In this document: positions 1-12,532 of the stretch, piece after piece
Numbering within the stretch: position 1 is the stretch's first letter
Layout of the letters: each line of letters begins with the position of its first letter
Origin: Occultella glacieicola
Lineage (GTDB): Bacteria > Actinomycetota > Actinomycetes > Actinomycetales > Beutenbergiaceae
Direction of reading: 5' to 3'
Length of the DNA: 64,000 bases
Assembly: GCF_004353825.1 (NCBI RefSeq)
Contig: NZ_SMNA01000003.1
Coordinates: 310,001 to 374,000, forward strand
Notes under the pieces: generated by a model
The model's input: the letters and a program-made list of their open reading frames with translations, nothing else
Databases searched by the model: none
What the model was told of the DNA's origin: nothing
Translations under genes and position numbers: made by a program

Positions 1-171
1 GACCCGGGACTCGCTGCTGCATCTGGATCTGGCCGCCCTGGGGCTCACCGGCCAGGACGCGTTCGCTGCCCACGACGAGCTCTCCGGCGAGACCTATTCG
101 TGGGGCGCGAACCCGTTCGTACGCCTGGATCCGTGGGGCCGCTCGGCGCACATCGTCCAGGTGAGGCCGTC

Positions 172-175
<4 letters not shown>
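1..175 (+). CDS. glgE: 3' end of alpha-1,4-glucan:maltose-1-phosphate maltosyltransferase (partial)
   Basis: Frame 2 reads ...AHDELSGETYSWGANPFVRLDPWGRSAHIVQVRPS*, like the GlgE C-terminus. The stop overlaps the treS ATG (ATGA), and glgE-treS-mak-glgB is the expected gene order. Confidence 0.85.
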
Positions 176-2132
<1,957 letters not shown>

Positions 2133-2136
<4 letters not shown>

Positions 2137-5100
2137 CCGAGCCCGTGCCGTCGCTGCTGATCGAGCTGCTGGAGCCATGGGTCCGGGCCCAGCGCTGGTT
2201 CCCGGCCAAGGACGAGCCCGCTGCCGACATCCGCCTGCTGAGCTCGGTGGACCTGCCCGACCCGGCCGGGACCGTCGCGTGCACGGTGCTCGTCCTGGCG
2301 GTCGACCGAAGCCTGGGCACCACGCTCGTGCAGGTACCGGTGGCCACCGTCGCCGCGCGCCAGGACGGCACCGAGCCGCCCGGGCTGATCGCAACCCTGG
2401 CCGGTGATCGGGCCCTCGTGGACGGACCGCACCACCCGGCGTTCGTGCGCGCCTGGCTGGCCGCGGCCGAGTACGGCGACAACGCCGACGACATCTCCGA
2501 CCCGGCGGCGGCGGTGGGGGCCCGGGTGCTGACCGGCGAGCAGTCGAACACCTCGGTGCTGCTGCCCACGGTGGGCGCGATCCTCAAGGTCTTCCGGGTA
2601 CTCGCCCCCGGCCCGAACCCGGACATCGACGTCACCCGCGCCCTGCATCACTCCGGCTGGTCGCAGGTTCCGGCCCCGCTGGCCTGGACGGTCGGCGGCT
2701 GGCCGGACCCGGGCGGCTCCGGGGCGCCGCAGCAGGGCTACCTGGGCGTGCTCACGGCCTTCGTCCCGCACGCGCGCGACGGCTTCGAACTCCTCTGCGA
2801 CCGCGCGGCCACGGGCGCGGACGTCACCGGCCTGGTGCACGACCTCGGCGTCACGATCGCGGACATGCACGAACACCTGCGCACCGCCCTACCGGTCCAC
2901 GACCCACGCAGCGCGTCCGCCCGCGCCGGCGACCTGGCCGCGGCCATGCGCCAGCGGGCGACCTGGGCGGTGGGCGCCGTGCCGGACCTGGCACCGTTCA
3001 CGGCCGCGATCGACGAACTGATCACCGGCGTCGCAGCCCTCGAGTCGGTGCCGAGCATGCAGCGGATCCACGGAGACCTGCACCTCGGCCAGACGCTGCG
3101 CTCCGAGGCGCGCGGGAGCGGGTCGGGCTCCGACGGGTCCGAGCCCGTCGCCCCGACCTGGTACGTGATCGACTTCGAGGGCGAACCGCTGCGCCCGCTG
3201 GCGGAGCGGACCCGGCCGGACCAACCGCTGCGTGACCTGGCCGGCATGCTGCGCTCGTTGGACTACGCGGCCGCCGTCGGACGGGCCCCGAGCGAGGAAT
3301 GGACCCGTACGGCGCGCACCGCGCTCGTCGCCGGCTACATCGAGGGCGGCAACAACTCCGCCGCCCAGACCGAGGCCACCGACGACGAACGTGACCTCCG
3401 CACCGGAGGCACGCTCGTCCGTGCCCTCGAACTGGACAAGGCCCTCTACGAGGCCGTGTACGAGTACCAGAACCGCCCGGACTGGCTGTCGATCCCTGTG
3501 GGTGGGATCCGACGGATCATTGAGGAGCACGTCATGACCGACAAGCCCGAGGACACGACCGCCGGCGCCCCGCTGAGCACCCCGGTCGAGGCGATGCTCG
3601 ACGCGCCACCGGCCGCGGTGCCCGGCACGGCGGCCGGCGACACCGGCGACACCGGCGACAGCGGCGACGACGACCTCGACGGCGAGCCGACGCCGTCGTC
3701 CATCAACCGCGACCTGCTCGGGGTGGTCGCCCACGGCGAGCACTACGCCCCGCACGACGTGCTCGGTCCCCACCTCGACGACGACCACGGCCTGGTGACC
3801 ATCCGGACGGTGCGCCACCTGGCCACCGGCGTCACCATCGTGACGCCCGAGGGCCGGCACGACGCCCGGCACGAGGACTTCGGCGTCTGGGTGGTGGCCC
3901 TGCCCGCCGACGAGGTGCCCGACTACCGCGTCGAGGTCACCTACGAGTCCGGCACGGTCACGACGGACGACCCGTACCGGTTCCTGCCCACGCTCGGCGA
4001 GGTCGACCAGCACCTCATCCGCGAGGGCCGGCACGAACGGTTGTGGGAGGTGCTCGGGGCGCACCCTCGCTCGTTCGCCTCGGTGCTCGGCGAGGTCGAC
4101 GGGGTCTCGTTCTCGGTGTGGGCGCCGAACGCGCGTGCCGTCCGGGTGGTCGGCGACTTCAACGGCTGGGACGGGCGGTCGTCCTCGATGCGCTCCCTCG
4201 GTGCGAGCGGCGTCTGGGAGGTGTTCCTGCCGGACGTCACGGTCGGGTCCCGGTACAAGTTCGAGATCTGCTACGCGGACGGCTCGTGGCACACGAAGGC
4301 GGACCCGATGGCCCGCGCCGCCGAGGTCCCGCCGGCGACCGCGTCGGTGGTCACCGCCTCCGAGTACACCTGGGCCGACGAGGAGTGGATGGCGGCCCGG
4401 GCCGCCGCCGATCCGCACGCCGGGCCGATGAGCGCGTACGAGGTGCACCTCGGCTCCTGGCGTCCGGGCCTGAGCTACGTCGAACTCGCCGATCAGCTCG
4501 TGGAGTACGTGTCCTGGATGGGCTTCACCCACGTCGAGCTGATGCCGGTGGCCGAGCACCCGTTCGGCGGGTCCTGGGGGTACCAGGTCACGTCCTACTA
4601 CGCGCCCACGTCGCGGTTCGGCAGCCCGGACGAGTTCCGGCACCTGGTGGACGCGCTGCACCGGGCCGGCATCGGCGTGATCCTGGACTGGGTCCCGGCG
4701 CACTTCCCGAAGGACGAGTGGGCCCTGGCCCGCTTCGACGGGACCGCCCTGTACGAACACCCGGACCCGATGCGTGGCGAGCAGAAGGACTGGGGCACCC
4801 TGGTCTTCAACTTCGGGCGCAACGAGGTCCGCAACTTCCTGGTCGCGAACGCCCTGTACTGGCTGACCGAGTTCCACATCGACGGGCTGCGCGTGGACGC
4901 GGTCGCGTCGATGCTCTACCTGGACTACTCCCGTGAGCCGGGCCAGTGGCGGCCCAACGAGCGGGGCGGCCGGGAGAACCTGGAGGCCATCCAGTTCCTG
5001 CAGGAGACCAACGCGACCGCCTACCGGGTGGCCCCCGGGATCGTCATGATCGCCGAGGAGTCCACCGCATGGCCGGGGGTGTCGGCGCCGACCGAGCTCG

Positions 5101-5861
5101 GCGGCCTCGGCTTCGGGCTGAAGTGGAACATGGGCTGGATGAACGACACCCTGCGCTACCTGGCGGAGGAGCCGATCAACCGGCGCTACCACCACGGAGA
5201 GCTCACGTTCTCACTGGTGTACGCGTTCTCCGAACGGTTCGTGTTGCCGCTCAGCCATGACGAGGTCGTACACGGCAAGGGCTCACTCTGGCAGAAGATG
5301 CCGGGCGACCTGTGGCAGAAGCTGGCCGGGGTGCGCGCGTTGTTCGCCTACCAGTGGTCCCACCCCGGAAAGAACCTGCTGTTCATGGGCGGGGAGTTCG
5401 CGCAGAACCGGGAGTGGAACGAGGGCGCCGGCCTGGAGTGGGGCCTGAGCGACACCGCCCCGCACGCCGGCGTCCGACTCGCGCTGCGGGCGCTCAACCA
5501 GGTGTACCGGGACAACCCGGCGCTGTGGGGGGAGGACCACTCCCACCACGGGTTCGAGTGGCTCGAGGCGAACGACGGTGACCACAACGTCCTGGCCTAC
5601 CTGCGCAAGTCCGGTGACGACCACGTCGCGGCGGTGATCAACTTCGCCGGCACCGGGCATCAGTCCTACCGGCTCGGCCTCCCGCACGGCGGGGACTGGA
5701 CGGAGATCCTGAACACCGACGATCCCTCGTTCGGCGGCTCCGGCGTGCTGAACGAGGGCACCCTGACCGCCGAGGACACGCCCTGGCATGGCCGCGGCCA
5801 CTCGGTGGTCATCGACGTGCCACCGCTCGGCGCGATCTTCCTCAAGCCCACCACAACCTGA
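2133..5861 (+). CDS. glgB: Maltokinase (Mak/Pep2) fused to 1,4-alpha-glucan branching enzyme
   Basis: The N-half has [28 protein letters not shown] and DLAGMLRS (Mak). The C-half has [35 protein letters not shown] and [10 protein letters not shown] (GlgB). It is a single 1242-aa frame. Confidence 0.93.
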
Positions 5862-5863
5862 CG

Positions 5864-5914
5864 CGAGTGCGAGGTTGTTGGCCCTCCGGGCTCGGGGAGA
5901 GCCGAGAACCTCGC
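5864..5914. repeat. REP-like palindrome, left copy
   Basis: CGAGTGCGAGGTTGTTG at 5864-5880. GCGAGGTT (5869-5876) pairs with AACCTCGC (5907-5914). Confidence 0.8.
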
Positions 5915-5926
5915 CTTCGACGCGAG

Positions 5927-6892
5927 TCAGGCGGCGAGGGCGCGGCGGACCTGGTCGGGAATGACCCCGCCCCTCAAGACCTCGCGGCCAGTGAACCGCA
6001 GGAGAACGGCGTCGGAGCGCGTCGCGATCGCGTTCTGCCGGTCCCGGTCGGCGAAGAGGGCGGCCGGGTTGGAGTGGACGTCACGACCATCCACCTCCAC
6101 CAGCACCCAGCGACCGTCCCGGCGGCGCCAGCCCAGGTCGGCCCGCGCCACGAACATCCCGCGTGCGTCACGCACCTCCACCTGTAGATCGTCCGGGGGC
6201 ACGCCGTGGTCGAGGCAGTCGAGCCGAGCGAGGGACTCCATCGGTGACTCGGCCCGTCCGTCCACCAGTTCGAGCCACCCGCGCACGGTCCTGGCGCCGC
6301 GTCGACCACGAAGTCGCGCGGCGATCCATTCCAGGTCTCGCTCGCGCAGCAGTCCCTGATGCAGACCGGAATCCAGCATCGCGACGGCGGTGTCCCGCGA
6401 CAACGCAGGCAGCGCGTGTACGAAGGACCCGCGCACGGACGTGAGCAGCGGAGACCTCACCGGCGAACCCCCGGCCGGCTCGGACCTCAGTCGCACGACC
6501 TCCAGGGGCGGGCCGTAGCGGCGGATCGTCACTCCGGTGGACCCGGGCGCACCCCGGCGTCCCGGGAGCGTCACCTCCGCCGGGATCCGTCGAGGCAGCC
6601 CTTGGACGCCGTGCAGGGCAAGCGCGCTCAACCCCACCACGATCGCGTCGGCCGGGGCCGCGAGGACCGCCAGCCAGGCCGACTTCAGACGTCCACGATC
6701 GAGCGGATGGACCGCCGGGTCCGCCTGGCCCGTGTCGTAGACGCCGCGCGTGACCCGGACCCAGAGCCCGGACCGAACCAGATTCGAGAGCCGACGGTCA
6801 CAGATTCCGAGTTCGCGGCATTGACCCCGGCCAACGAGCCCAGCCTGCGCGCCCGCGAGCGCGCGAACCCGCGGTTCCGGTTGAATCGCCAT
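5927..6892 (-). CDS. AbiEi-like N-terminal HTH protein with C-terminal DUF559/Vsr-like endonuclease domain
   Basis: N-terminal QAGLV...LVRSGLWVRVTRGVY, central AESPMES, and C-terminal ARADLGW...VEVDG...H...DRDRQN...LLRFT. Confidence 0.8.
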   Translation of the reverse strand: MAIQPEPRVRALAGAQAGLVGRGQCRELGICDRRLSNLVRSGLWVRVTRGVYDTGQADPAVHPLDRGRLKSAWLAVLAAPADAIVVGLSALALHGVQGLPRRIPAEVTLPGRRGAPGSTGVTIRRYGPPLEVVRLRSEPAGGSPVRSPLLTSVRGSFVHALPALSRDTAVAMLDSGLHQGLLRERDLEWIAARLRGRRGARTVRGWLELVDGRAESPMESLARLDCLDHGVPPDDLQVEVRDARGMFVARADLGWRRRDGRWVLVEVDGRDVHSNPAALFADRDRQNAIATRSDAVLLRFTGREVLRGGVIPDQVRRALAA

Positions 6893-6947
6893 CCCTCATG
6901 GGACCGCGATCTGCCCTCCCCTCGCCCGAGCCCTGTGGACGGTCCGA

Positions 6948-7001
6948 CGAGTGCGAGGTTGTTGTCCCCGCCCGCGAAGTTGAGGCCAACAACCTCGCAC
7001 T
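6948..7001. repeat. REP-like palindrome, right copy
   Basis: The 17-mer at 6948-6964 is identical to 5864-5880. There is a perfect 15-bp inverted repeat, 6950-6964 / 6987-7001. Confidence 0.85.
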
Positions 7002-7019
7002 GGCTTCCAGCGCGAGTGG

Positions 7020-7949
7020 CTAGTAGAGCGCGACGGCGAGGTCGCGGCGTGCCTTGAGGAGTTCGGGTGCGTCGTCGGGGGCGAGCAGGAACAGGTCGAG
7101 CAGGCGCAGCCGCGCCTCGTCCCGCTCCTGGCCGGCGGTGACCCGGATCACCCCGATGATCCGGGCGAACCCGGCCGCGAGCTGCCCGGCGCCGATCTCC
7201 ACGTCGGCGGCCGTGAGCTGCACCGGCACGTCCCCGGCGGCGGCGTCCCGCGCGGCATTCAGGGCGCCGATCGCGTCGACCCCGTTCAGGCGGCGCAGCA
7301 GGTTGACCTGGGCCAGCCCGGCCTTCGCCTCGGCGTCCGCCGGGTTCTCCTTGAGGGCCTGCTCGAAGGCCGCCGCAGCGCCGTCGAGGTCGTCCGCCTC
7401 GATGGCGTCGTAGGCGGCCTGGATCAGCGGGGGCAGCTCCGGCTCGGGCGCCTCCGCCGGCTCCTCGACCGAGGCGTCCACCTGGCCGGAGACGCCGTTC
7501 TCGGCGGCGACCCGGAGCAGTTCGTCGAGGACCTGACGGATCTGTTCGGCCGGGTAGGCACCCTGGAACAGCGGCAGCGGCTGACCCTTCATCACGGCCA
7601 GCACGGACGGGACCGCCTGCACCTGGAACGCCTGGGCGATCCGCGGACTCGTGGCCACGTCCACCCGGGCGAGCAGGAACCGACCGGCGTAGGAGCCGGC
7701 GAGCTCGGTCAGGACCGGCATCAACTGGTCGCTGTTGGCCTCGGCGTTCTGGTAGAGCGCCACCACCACCGGCACCTGCGCGGACTTCTGGACCACGTCG
7801 TTGAACGTGGCCTCGGTGACGTCGATCACGGCCCCGCCACCACCGCTGGGGCCTGCGGCGGCCGCGGGCTGCTTCCCGGGCGGCGGCCCGGCCAGTGCCG
7901 AGAGGTCGACGGCGCCGTGCAGATTCAACGAGGAGGGAGGTTGACTCAT
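7020..7949 (-). CDS. Thioredoxin-like plus TPR co-chaperone (YbbN/CnoX family)
   Basis: GAVDLS leader, thioredoxin fold (DVTEATF...SAQVPVVV...VQAVPSV) without CxxC, and TPR helices ending ARRDLAVALY. Confidence 0.85.
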   Translation of the reverse strand: MSQPPSSLNLHGAVDLSALAGPPPGKQPAAAAGPSGGGGAVIDVTEATFNDVVQKSAQVPVVVALYQNAEANSDQLMPVLTELAGSYAGRFLLARVDVATSPRIAQAFQVQAVPSVLAVMKGQPLPLFQGAYPAEQIRQVLDELLRVAAENGVSGQVDASVEEPAEAPEPELPPLIQAAYDAIEADDLDGAAAAFEQALKENPADAEAKAGLAQVNLLRRLNGVDAIGALNAARDAAAGDVPVQLTAADVEIGAGQLAAGFARIIGVIRVTAGQERDEARLRLLDLFLLAPDDAPELLKARRDLAVALY

Positions 7950-7973
7950 GGTCGAAATCCTAACCGGCCCGGG

Positions 7974-8987
7974 TCAGCGCTTGGCCACCGCGCTGAGGAC
8001 GTGCTCGCCGCCGAGGACGGTGATCTGCGCACCCTCGGCCGCGGGCGGGACGTAGAACGCCACCATCTGCTCGTAGGCCGCGGTCAGGGTGTTGTCGACC
8101 TCGCCGTCGCCGCCGGCGAGTACCGCGAGCCGGCCGCTGACCTCAAGGGTCGCGTCCTCGATGGTCTTCGTGAACACCTGGCCCATGACCATCGACCCGA
8201 TCACGATGGCCCCGCCGTCCTCGGTGGCCAGGGTGAGCACCGGGTCCGTGGAAGCGGTGACCGTATTGGCCACGGTCCCGGCCTCCTCCACCGCGGTGGA
8301 CAGCGCGGTGAGTTCGGCCGTGAGCGCGCTGCGCAGGTTGTCCTCGGCGAACGAGGCGGCGTACTGGCTGTCCGCGTTGCTGAGCACGTCGGCGTAGGCG
8401 GCCACGACCTGACCGGGTGGCAGCACCAGGCCCTCGGCGTCCAGGGGCACCTGCGGGCTGCCGATCGACCCGATCGTCGTCGCCGGCATGGTGACGGCGG
8501 GGAACAGGCGGATCCAGTTCGTCATCACGAACTCATCCCGGGGGGTGGCCTGCTCGAGGGTCAGCAGCAACGGCACGTTCGCACCGTCGGGGATCTCGGT
8601 GACGACCATGACCGTGTGCGGCCAGGCCTCGGTGTTGGAGATGATCTCGACGTCGGCGAGCCCGGTCAGCGGCTGCACCGCGTACGGCGTCTCGGTGCTG
8701 GCCGTCGCCGCGGCGAGCGCGTACTCGGCGGTCCGCACCCGCAGCGCCGCACCGGACACCCGGGGCTCGAGAAGGCTGGCGTCACCGGCCTCGTCGGCCG
8801 CCGCGATGGTCTCCTCGAGTGAGGTGAGGACCCGCTCGAGGCGGGACTCGTCCAACACGGGGACCGGGTCGGTGGGCGCCGGGTCGGCGTCGACCTCGGG
8901 GACCGGGATGGCGCAGGAGGCCAGGATGGCGCCGAGGGCGGTCGCCGCGGCGAATGCCTGCAGGCGACGGCGGAGCGTCTGCCTCAT
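7974..8987 (-). CDS. Putative lipoprotein, function unknown
   Basis: Basic N-terminus, hydrophobic stretch and LASC lipobox. Overlaps the stop of the upstream gene. Confidence 0.75.
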   Translation of the reverse strand: MRQTLRRRLQAFAAATALGAILASCAIPVPEVDADPAPTDPVPVLDESRLERVLTSLEETIAAADEAGDASLLEPRVSGAALRVRTAEYALAAATASTETPYAVQPLTGLADVEIISNTEAWPHTVMVVTEIPDGANVPLLLTLEQATPRDEFVMTNWIRLFPAVTMPATTIGSIGSPQVPLDAEGLVLPPGQVVAAYADVLSNADSQYAASFAEDNLRSALTAELTALSTAVEEAGTVANTVTASTDPVLTLATEDGGAIVIGSMVMGQVFTKTIEDATLEVSGRLAVLAGGDGEVDNTLTAAYEQMVAFYVPPAAEGAQITVLGGEHVLSAVAKR

Positions 8988-10600
8988 GAGTCATCCTCCG
9001 TTCGCTGGTCGGTAGGTCGGTCGTCGGCCGGCTCGATGGGCTCGATCACGCCGGTGCTCTCGGCATCGGCGGCCGTGGGCGCGCCGAGGCCCCAGGTCTG
9101 ACGCCAGGAGGCGCCGGACGCCTGCGGGTTCGCCTCGGCCGGTGGTTCGGGCTCGGGTCCGGCCGGCGGTTCGGGCACGTCGGCGGCGGCCGCACCGGCG
9201 GCACCGGTGGTCGGAGCACCCCAACGGTCAGGGCGCCAACCGCGCCGGCGCCGGCCGCCGTCATCCTCCGAGGGCGAGGACTCACCTTCGGCGGTCGACG
9301 CGCCGTCGGTCGTGGTGTCGGTCGCGGGAGTGCGACGCCACCACGGGCGGCGCGTCGTGGACTCCGCCTCGGGTTGGTCGTCGGCGGACGCGGGCAGACC
9401 CGCGCCCGGTGCGTCGGAGGCGTAGGTCTCGATCGGTGCCGCCTCGGCACCCGGGCGGCCACTGCTGACCCAGTCGGCGAGGTCGCCGGCACCGGCCTGC
9501 TGGTCCTCGGGCCCGGCGCTGCCGGTGGCCGCGTCCCGGTCCGGACCGGTCGTGGCGGTCTCCTCCGGTGCCGCGGCGGCACCGGTGACCGCCGCTCCGT
9601 CGGCGACCACGGTCGCCTCTTCCGGGGAGGCTGCGGAGTCGCGGCGGCGCGGGTTGCGGCGCTCCTGCTCGGCCCGGGCCTCGGCCTCGCGGATCTGGCG
9701 GCGGGTGAGCGGGGCACCGTCGGTCCCGACGGTCGCCACTGTCGACCCTGTCGACTCGGAGACTGCCTCATCGGCGGCCGTGCCGGCGGCCGCGGCGCGC
9801 AGCCGGGCCCGCTTGGTCTCACGGTCCACGAGCAACGTCATGATGCCCAGCACAAGGCCGATCAGAACGAGCACGCCACCGACGATCACGCCGGGGACCA
9901 CGAACGGGGTCTCGACCTCACGCGTCCAGGTCAGCCCGAGCTGCGGGGCCGGGGTGGTCCCGTCCGTGGCGACGAGCAACATCCAGCGGCCCTCGACGGC
10001 GGTCCAGTCGTAGGTGAGTTCGCCGGTGCCGGTCAACTCCTCGATCCAGAGGTCGGACCCGGCCGGGTTCGGCACGGTGGCAGCCTCGTCCGGGGCGTCG
10101 GTCGGCGACGCCGAGGGGTCGCTCGCCGCGTCATCGGTCGCCGCATCCGTCGCCGCATCGTCGGTCGTGGGCTCGTCGGTCGCAGTGCCGTCGGTGCCGT
10201 CGGTGCCGTCGGTGCCGTCGGTGCCGTCGGTGCTGTCGGTCGCGTCGTCGCTCGGCTCGTCGATCGCCGGTCCGTCGACCACGGTGAGGGTCTCCCAGTC
10301 CGTGAGGCCGGTGACCTCCAGGTGCGGGGAGTCGGCCACCCAGGCGCGGACGTCGGACTCACGGCCCATCGCCAGCACCAGAGGAGTCTCGGCGGAGGCG
10401 CCGGTCACGGTGACCGTCACGTCGGGGTTCACCACGTCCAGCACGCCGGGCGCCGTGACCACGACCGGTACCTCCGGGTCCGCGGGGAGGGTGGCGGTGA
10501 CCACCTCGTCGGGTCGCCACACGGTGCCTGAGGCGATCGCTGCACCCGCCGTGCCCAATCCGAGCACGATGAGCAGGACCGCTAAGATCCGTCGAAGCAC
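8984..10600 (-). CDS. Membrane-anchored protein with acidic low-complexity regions
   Basis: GTG at 10600 with GGAGG upstream, an N-terminal hydrophobic helix, a second TM helix (VVPGVIVGGVLVLIGLVLGIM), and a TRRQIRE motif followed by a disordered tail. Confidence 0.75.
   Translation of the reverse strand: MLRRILAVLLIVLGLGTAGAAIASGTVWRPDEVVTATLPADPEVPVVVTAPGVLDVVNPDVTVTVTGASAETPLVLAMGRESDVRAWVADSPHLEVTGLTDWETLTVVDGPAIDEPSDDATDSTDGTDGTDGTDGTDGTATDEPTTDDAATDAATDDAASDPSASPTDAPDEAATVPNPAGSDLWIEELTGTGELTYDWTAVEGRWMLLVATDGTTPAPQLGLTWTREVETPFVVPGVIVGGVLVLIGLVLGIMTLLVDRETKRARLRAAAAGTAADEAVSESTGSTVATVGTDGAPLTRRQIREAEARAEQERRNPRRRDSAASPEEATVVADGAAVTGAAAAPEETATTGPDRDAATGSAGPEDQQAGAGDLADWVSSGRPGAEAAPIETYASDAPGAGLPASADDQPEAESTTRRPWWRRTPATDTTTDGASTAEGESSPSEDDGGRRRRGWRPDRWGAPTTGAAGAAAADVPEPPAGPEPEPPAEANPQASGASWRQTWGLGAPTAADAESTGVIEPIEPADDRPTDQRTEDDS
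10185..10238. repeat. 9-bp coding tandem repeat (GTGCCGTCG)x5 plus one variant
   Basis: Read directly. Encodes DGT repeats on the minus strand. Confidence 0.9.
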
Positions 10601-10816
10601 GAGCTGAGAGCCCTCCGTTTGTCCACAGCCGGCCCTACACCGACGACCTACCAGGGTACGTGACCTTTCCGTGATCTCGCGCATCGGGACCGACCGAGGG
10701 GCCTGGTGACCACCCCGGACCGTGGGGTTAGGCTGAGGCGTGGCGGGGGCCTTCGCGGCCGAACGGTTCGCACCAGGGCCCGCTACACCCCTGTGACGTT
10801 CTTCCGAGGAGATCCC

Positions 10817-12496
10817 GTGGCCGACGACCCTTCGACCTTCCCTGTCGTGATGCGTGGATACGACCGCGCGCAGGTCGACCAGCACGTGCACTCCCTGGAA
10901 CGCAAGCTTGCCGAGGCACGCTCCCAGGTGGAGTCCCTGGACGCGTCGAACATGCAGATTTCCGGGCAGTTGTCGGAGGCCCAGGTGCAGTTGCGCGAGG
11001 CCGAGAAGCCGAGCTACTCGGGTCTGGGTTCACGCATCGAGATGCTGCTGCGCTCCGCCGAGGAACAGTCCACGGACGTCCTCGCCCAGGCGAACCAGCA
11101 GGCCCGCGACGTCGTGTCCCGCGCCGAGGCCCAGGCCGAACAACTCACCAGCCAGGCCGAGAACGACGCCGCCGAACGTCTCGCGAACGCGCGACGTGAC
11201 GCAGAGCACACCACCGCCTCGGCCGCGAGCGCGACCGACGGCGTGATGGTCGCCGCGCAGCGCCGGGCCGAGGAGCTCGTCGGTTCGGCCGAGCGGGAGG
11301 CGGCCCGCATCGCGAGCTTCGCCGCCACCGAGCAGAGCGAGCGCAAGGCCAGCCTGGAGCGGGACCTGGGCACCCTCCGCGCGACCACGGAGCAGGAGAT
11401 CACCCAGGCCCGGGTCGAGTCGGAGCGGATCGCGCGCGAGCTGCGCGTCACGAGCGAGGCCGAGGCCGAGGACCTGCGCACCGGTGCCAAGGCCGAGGCC
11501 GAGGCCGTGCGCGAGGACGCCCGGCGGGAGGCCCAGGCCGCGCTCGCCACCGCCCAGCAGGAGGCCGCGGAGATCCTGCGTGCCGCCACCAGTGAGGCCG
11601 AGACGGTCAGGCAGTCGGTCGCCGAACTGCGCGAGGAGGCCGACCTCGAGATCGCGGCCCGGCGCGCGGCCGCCGAGGAGTCCGACGCCGCCCTGCACGC
11701 CCAGGCGAAGGCGGACACCGACCAGATGATCGCCGACGCGCAGGCCCACGCCCAGGACGCCGAGGCGCGGGTCGCGGCTGCCCTCGAGAAGGCCGAGGAA
11801 CTGCGTGCGGGCGCCGAGGAGCTCTCGGCCCAGATGGTCGCCGACGCCCGCTCGAGCGCCGAGCGGATCGTGCACGAGGCCCGTCAGAGCGCCGACCTGC
11901 TGCGCACCGACACCGCGGCCCAGACGGACCGCGACCGGCGGACCGCCCAGCGCCAGGTCGACGACCTGAACCGCCAGCGCGAGTCCATCACCGGCTACCT
12001 CGACGAGCTGCGCGCCCTGCTCGGCGCCGGCAACGTGGCGCAGGCCGCGGCCCTGGCCGAGACCGAGCCCGAAGTCGCCGCTGTGGACGAGGAGGCCGAG
12101 GAGGAGGTCCTCGCGGACGGGTCGTCCGCCGACCCGACGGTCGAGGACCAGTCCGTCCAGGACGAGGACCTCCTGACCCTCGCCGCAGCCGAGCAGGCCG
12201 ACGTGACCGAGGTCGACGCGGCCGCGGCAACCGAGGACGAGGCGGACACGCCCGACGCCGTCTCGGACGAGCCCGAGGTGGACGCCACCGACAGCGACGC
12301 CCCGGATGCCACTGACGCCACGGACGCCACTGACGCCACGGAGTCGACGGAGTCGACGGACGAGCCGGGGGCGGCGGACCCGGCCGATGCCGACGCCGCC
12401 GACGCCGCCGACGCGGCCGAGACGGTCGACGAGGCAGCGACCTCGGCGGCGTCCGGCGACACCGAGGTTCTCTCGGCGACCGGCCGGCGTCGCTGA
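10817..12496 (+). CDS. DivIVA-domain coiled-coil protein (FilP/Scy-like) with acidic tail
   Basis: GAGGAG then GTG at 10817, the FPVVMRGYDRAQVD DivIVA-type motif, SYSGLGSRIEMLLRSAEEQ, and a long Ala/Glu/Arg coiled coil. Confidence 0.8.
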   Translation: MADDPSTFPVVMRGYDRAQVDQHVHSLERKLAEARSQVESLDASNMQISGQLSEAQVQLREAEKPSYSGLGSRIEMLLRSAEEQSTDVLAQANQQARDVVSRAEAQAEQLTSQAENDAAERLANARRDAEHTTASAASATDGVMVAAQRRAEELVGSAEREAARIASFAATEQSERKASLERDLGTLRATTEQEITQARVESERIARELRVTSEAEAEDLRTGAKAEAEAVREDARREAQAALATAQQEAAEILRAATSEAETVRQSVAELREEADLEIAARRAAAEESDAALHAQAKADTDQMIADAQAHAQDAEARVAAALEKAEELRAGAEELSAQMVADARSSAERIVHEARQSADLLRTDTAAQTDRDRRTAQRQVDDLNRQRESITGYLDELRALLGAGNVAQAAALAETEPEVAAVDEEAEEEVLADGSSADPTVEDQSVQDEDLLTLAAAEQADVTEVDAAAATEDEADTPDAVSDEPEVDATDSDAPDATDATDATDATESTESTDEPGAADPADADAADAADAAETVDEAATSAASGDTEVLSATGRRR

Positions 12497-12532
12497 ACCG
12501 GTCACCGTCCGCACCCTGCCCCGGCCGAACCC

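Noticed and set aside
5927..6892. Type IV toxin-antitoxin (AbiE) system
   Set aside because: There is no adjacent AbiEii nucleotidyltransferase toxin, and the flanking genes are housekeeping.
6933..6941. DnaA-box-like CTGTGGAC upstream of the DUF559 gene
   Set aside because: It is a single partial match with no origin context, so no function can be assigned.
5864..7001. CRISPR array or classical IS
   Set aside because: There are only two repeat units, separated by a gene. No cas genes, transposase or clear target duplication are present.
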